From Nitrospiraceae bacterium (GTDB taxonomy: Bacteria > Nitrospirota > Nitrospiria > Nitrospirales > Nitrospiraceae), in contig JBFWWG010000013.1 of the NCBI GenBank assembly GCA_050246315.1, forward strand, positions 1 through 64,000: a stretch of 64,000 nucleotides of DNA, written 5' to 3'. The notes beneath the pieces are model-generated. The model did no database searches. It had not been told where the DNA came from and saw only the letters and a program-made list of their open reading frames with translations. Below, in pieces: positions 60,179 through 64,000 of this stretch. Every line of letters starts with the position of its first letter. Position 1 is the first letter of the stretch. The position numbers and the translations under genes were made by a program.

Positions 60179-61861
60179 ATGGAACGCCTGCGGATGCGGG
60201 GGCAGTGGTCGGAGGTGTTCGGACCGGGCGGGCTGCCTGAGTTCGAACGAATGCTGCCATCGGTCTTGGGGTCTGTCCGATGGTTTGCCGACAAGGCCCG
60301 GGAAATCTACTCCGCGACCGTTCGGGACGCCATCCCGATGGCCCATGGCACGATGCGCTCGTATCTGACGCTGATTGACGTGGAGTTCGCCGATGGGGAG
60401 GCGAAGACGTACGTGGTTCCCTGGTCGTTTTCGCCGAACCGGCTTCCGAGAGCGGATCAGGGAAGCGGACCCTCGCTTGTGGTGGCGCTGGAGTGCGAAG
60501 AAGGAGCGAAGGAATCATCGGGCTTCCTCTATGATGCGATGTGGAACGAAGGATTTGTGTCGGCGTTACTCGACGTGATCCGATCGAACGGGAGGATTGC
60601 GGCCCGTGGAGACTGGATCGTTGGCTCGCGTCCCGACGCCACGGAAGAGACGGAAGGTACGGGAGGGAATATCGGTACGGACTTCTCAGGGGAACGGGCA
60701 AGCTGTCACGTCATAGACGGAGAACAGAGCAACAGCTCGGTCGTGGTGAGCGATCAGGTCATCCTCAAACTGTACCGGCAACTTGGCGAGGGGATCAATC
60801 CGGAGTTGGAAATCGGCCGTGTTCTGACCAAGACGCGATTCACCCACTCGCCGGCGCTGCTCGGCGCGATCGAGTATGTCCGTGTCGATCGGGAGCCGGT
60901 CACGTTGGCCATCCTCCAACGATTCGTCCGAAACCAGGGAGATGCCTGGCGATTCAGTCTCGATGCGGCGTCTGAATGTCTTCATCGGGTGGCCGCGGGC
61001 GGCTTCTCACGGTGTACGGGTCCGTTCGCGGCCCCGCCGCCTCTCGAATGGTCTGAGGGCGACTGTCCCGATGCGGTTCGCGAGTTGATCGGGTCCTATT
61101 GGGAATCCGCAGAACGACTGGGGACTCGGACCGCCGATTTGCATGTTGCGCTGGCCCGGGCCTCCGCCAATGTGAATTTTGCCCCGGAGCCTGCGACCAC
61201 AGAGTACTGGACGATGCGATACGAGTCGCAAGCAAAGCTGATCGAGCGTACGTGCGGATTGCTCCGCGCACGGCGCCGGCTGCTTCCGCTTGGTAGTCGA
61301 AAGGAGGCGGACTGCGTGCTGGAACTGGAGTCGGTCATCCTTGCGCAATTCCGGCACGTGATGGAGCGTGATCCGGAGGCCTGGCGCATTCGCTGTCACG
61401 GCGACTACCACCTCGGCCAGCTCTTACGCTGCGATCACGATTTCATGATCATCGACTTCGAAGGCGAGCCGGCCCGTTCATTGGCCGAGCGGCGGACAAA
61501 GCATCCCGCCGTGCTTGACGTGGCAGGCATGCTCCGGTCCTTGCATTACGTGCCCTATGCGTGCCTGGACCGACTGCCATCTCGGCCGGCGGCGGTGGCA
61601 TCGATTCCGGTTGAGGACCGGGAGGCCTGGGCGGAGTGGTGGTCGGGCTGGACCAGCCTCCAGTTTCTGAAGGCCTACCTTTCCGGCGTCTCCCGGGAAG
61701 AGCTGTGGCCGTCCGATCGGGACGAAGCAAGACGGCTCTTGATCTCGCACCTGCTGGAGAAAGCGGTTTATGAGCTGGCCTACGAACTCAACAACCGTCC
61801 CGCCTGGGTGGGGATTCCGTTGAAGGGCATTCTGAAGACGCTGGAATTTTCTCGCAGGTGA
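60179..61861 (+). CDS. mak: Maltokinase (Mak/Pep2-type)
   Basis: RWF..K.R, EQSNSS, LKLYR...GINPELE, RCHGDYHLGQ, IDFEGEP, DVAGMLRS, YELNNRP. Confidence 0.88.
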   Translation: MERLRMRGQWSEVFGPGGLPEFERMLPSVLGSVRWFADKAREIYSATVRDAIPMAHGTMRSYLTLIDVEFADGEAKTYVVPWSFSPNRLPRADQGSGPSLVVALECEEGAKESSGFLYDAMWNEGFVSALLDVIRSNGRIAARGDWIVGSRPDATEETEGTGGNIGTDFSGERASCHVIDGEQSNSSVVVSDQVILKLYRQLGEGINPELEIGRVLTKTRFTHSPALLGAIEYVRVDREPVTLAILQRFVRNQGDAWRFSLDAASECLHRVAAGGFSRCTGPFAAPPPLEWSEGDCPDAVRELIGSYWESAERLGTRTADLHVALARASANVNFAPEPATTEYWTMRYESQAKLIERTCGLLRARRRLLPLGSRKEADCVLELESVILAQFRHVMERDPEAWRIRCHGDYHLGQLLRCDHDFMIIDFEGEPARSLAERRTKHPAVLDVAGMLRSLHYVPYACLDRLPSRPAAVASIPVEDREAWAEWWSGWTSLQFLKAYLSGVSREELWPSDRDEARRLLISHLLEKAVYELAYELNNRPAWVGIPLKGILKTLEFSRR

Positions 61862-61935
61862 GGACCTGGCTGGATAGGGAGGCCGAACCGGACCGCGCCA
61901 TGCCACCGTACAAGAGAGGGGAAGGGACCTGAGAT

Positions 61936-63870
61936 ATGACCATGCATCACGCGCAAAATCTGACAATCGGCGAACCTCACCGCTTCACCGAGGATGATCT
62001 CCATCTGTTCAATGAAGGCACGCATTTTCGATTGTTCGACAAATTGGGTGCGCATCCGATCGAGGTGAACGGAGTCACCGGCACCCACTTTTCGGTCTGG
62101 GCTCCCAACGCGGAGTCCGTCGCTGTGATCGGAAATTTCAACGACTGGGACCCTGAACGGCATGCACTCCGACCGTCCGGAAGCTCGGGAATCTGGGCGG
62201 GCGTCGTGCCCGGGGTCGGGAAAGGGACGCTGTACAAGTACCACATCCGCTCCCACCACAACGGGTATCGGGTGGACAAGCCCGATCCTGTATCCTTCTT
62301 CAACGAAATTCCACCGAAGTCGGCCTCGATCGTCTGGGATGTGCACTATGATTGGCAAGACGGCGAATGGATGCGGCACCGCCGCCGGCACAACGCGCTG
62401 GATGCTCCCATCTCGATTTATGAGCTGCATCTGGGATCCTGGCGGCGCGTGCTCGCGGAGGGCAACCGATCGCTGAGCTATCGAGAATTGGCCGTTCCCC
62501 TGGCCGAGTATGTGCGGGACGCCGGCTTCACCCACGTGGAGTTTCTTCCGCTGATGGATCATCCCTTCTTTGGATCATGGGGGTACCAAACGACCGGCTA
62601 CTTTGCGCCATCCGGCTGCTACGGCACGCCGCAGGACCTGATGTTCCTGATCGACATCCTGCATCAGCACGGGATCGGGGTGATTCTGGATTGGGTGCCG
62701 TCCCATTTCCCGACCGATGAGCATGGGCTCGGATTCTTCGACGGGACGCACCTCTACGAACATGCCCATCCGCATCAGGGATACCATCCGGACTGGAACA
62801 CCTACGTCTTCAATTACGGACGGAACGAGATCCGCAGCTTTCTCATCAGCAGCGCGTTGTTTTGGCTGGAGGCGTATCATGCCGACGGCCTGCGTGTGGA
62901 TGCGGTGGCGTCGATGTTGTACCTGGACTATTCACGAAATGAGGGCGAATGGATTCCGAATCAGTACGGCGGGCGGGAGAATCTGGACGCCATCGGATTC
63001 CTCCGTCGGTTGAATGAGGAGATCTACCGGGCGCATCCCGATGTCCAGACCTTCGCCGAGGAATCCACAGACTGGCCGATGGTGTCACGCCCGACCTATA
63101 TGGGCGGACTCGGATTCGGCATGAAATGGGACATGGGTTGGATGCACGACACGCTGGAATATATGCACCTGGACCCTATTTACCGGAAGTTTCATCACAG
63201 CAACCTGACCTTTCGCCTCTTGTATGCATTTCACGAGAATTTCGTGCTGCCCTTGTCGCACGACGAAGTCGTCTATGGAAAAGGCTCGCTCCTGGGGAAG
63301 ATGCCCGGCGATGACTGGCAACGGTTCGCCAATCTTCGGCTCCTCTTCGGCTACATGTTCGCCCAGCCGGCTAAGAAACTCCTGTTTATGGGAGGGGAGT
63401 TCGGGCAATGGGGCGAGTGGGCGCATGACGGCGAGTTGGAATGGTCGCTTTTGCAGGAGTCCTCGCACGCGGGATTGCGGCAATGGGTCGCCGACTTGAA
63501 CCGCGTCTATCGCAACGAGCCGGCTCTGCATGAGCGGGATCTCGACCCGACGGGGTTTGAGTGGATCGATTGTCATGATTCGGAGTCCAGCGCGATCAGC
63601 CTGTTGCGCAAGGGCAAGTCCACGGGGGATCTGGTTGCCGTCGTGTGTAACTTTACCCCGGTGCCGCGGGTGAATTACCGGATCGGCGTGCCGAGGGGAG
63701 GTCAGTGGCGGGAGATCCTGAACAGCGATGCCCGAATCTACGGAGGATCGGGATGGGGCAATCAGGGATCGGTGGATGCCGTGCCCGTTCCGCTCCATGG
63801 GCGTTCTCACTCGCTGACCATGACCCTGCCGGCTTTGTCGGCGCTGTTTCTCAAGAGCGGAAATGGATGA
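61936..63870 (+). CDS. glgB: 1,4-alpha-glucan branching enzyme
   Basis: [49 protein letters not shown]. Confidence 0.97.
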   Translation: MTMHHAQNLTIGEPHRFTEDDLHLFNEGTHFRLFDKLGAHPIEVNGVTGTHFSVWAPNAESVAVIGNFNDWDPERHALRPSGSSGIWAGVVPGVGKGTLYKYHIRSHHNGYRVDKPDPVSFFNEIPPKSASIVWDVHYDWQDGEWMRHRRRHNALDAPISIYELHLGSWRRVLAEGNRSLSYRELAVPLAEYVRDAGFTHVEFLPLMDHPFFGSWGYQTTGYFAPSGCYGTPQDLMFLIDILHQHGIGVILDWVPSHFPTDEHGLGFFDGTHLYEHAHPHQGYHPDWNTYVFNYGRNEIRSFLISSALFWLEAYHADGLRVDAVASMLYLDYSRNEGEWIPNQYGGRENLDAIGFLRRLNEEIYRAHPDVQTFAEESTDWPMVSRPTYMGGLGFGMKWDMGWMHDTLEYMHLDPIYRKFHHSNLTFRLLYAFHENFVLPLSHDEVVYGKGSLLGKMPGDDWQRFANLRLLFGYMFAQPAKKLLFMGGEFGQWGEWAHDGELEWSLLQESSHAGLRQWVADLNRVYRNEPALHERDLDPTGFEWIDCHDSESSAISLLRKGKSTGDLVAVVCNFTPVPRVNYRIGVPRGGQWREILNSDARIYGGSGWGNQGSVDAVPVPLHGRSHSLTMTLPALSALFLKSGNG

Positions 63871-64000
63871 GCGAGGGGGTCGGGTCCGGTCAAGATCCGC
63901 GTCGGAATTGACAGTCATCCCGAAGGCCACGTAAGATGACGCCCGAATCCGATGAGACTTGTGTCGCTGGATCACAGTCGATCGCGAACGCTGCTCGCCG

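Overview
High-GC bacterial chromosome segment. The dispersed GCAGGATG..AAAAA repeats and gene content resemble Nitrospira, but this is recall and not a database result. Four blocks are present. (1) 0.2-13 kb: NAD-linked formate dehydrogenase fdsGBA preceded by two coupled unknown genes, a tandem USP, and a complete 2-oxoacid (pyruvate-type) dehydrogenase complex lpd-E1a-E1b-E2. (2) 13-25 kb: a decaying accessory region with three toxin-antitoxin modules (two with clear leaderless promoters and palindromic operators), one clear integron attC-like site plus more degenerate sites and no integrase (CALIN-like), REP-like repeats, several pseudogenes, a nitrosocyanin-like cupredoxin lacking its Cys ligand, a Tat FAD oxidoreductase, and a CGNR zinc-finger/VOC/PNPOx unit with twin TAACC-N19-GGTTA boxes. 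(3) 25.6-34 kb: GpgS-like and Ggs-like glycosyltransferases, then a structured leader (candidate Na+ riboswitch) ahead of an MscS-type TM-helix gene, a 30-aa membrane peptide, a Na/Ca exchanger, a P-type ATPase and dodecin. (4) 34-64 kb: a large trehalose/alpha-glucan cluster (glgX, treZ, glgC, treY, DUF5752, treS, treT-like, a second degenerate Ggs-like gene plus TM-helix gene, glgE, mak, glgB) with no glgA in the window, interrupted by mscS, a zinc peptidase/ATP-grasp pair, a TPR protein, a lipoprotein and an mltC-like pseudogene. No rRNA, tRNA, CRISPR array, transposase or integrase was recognised. All family calls come from motif recognition by eye.
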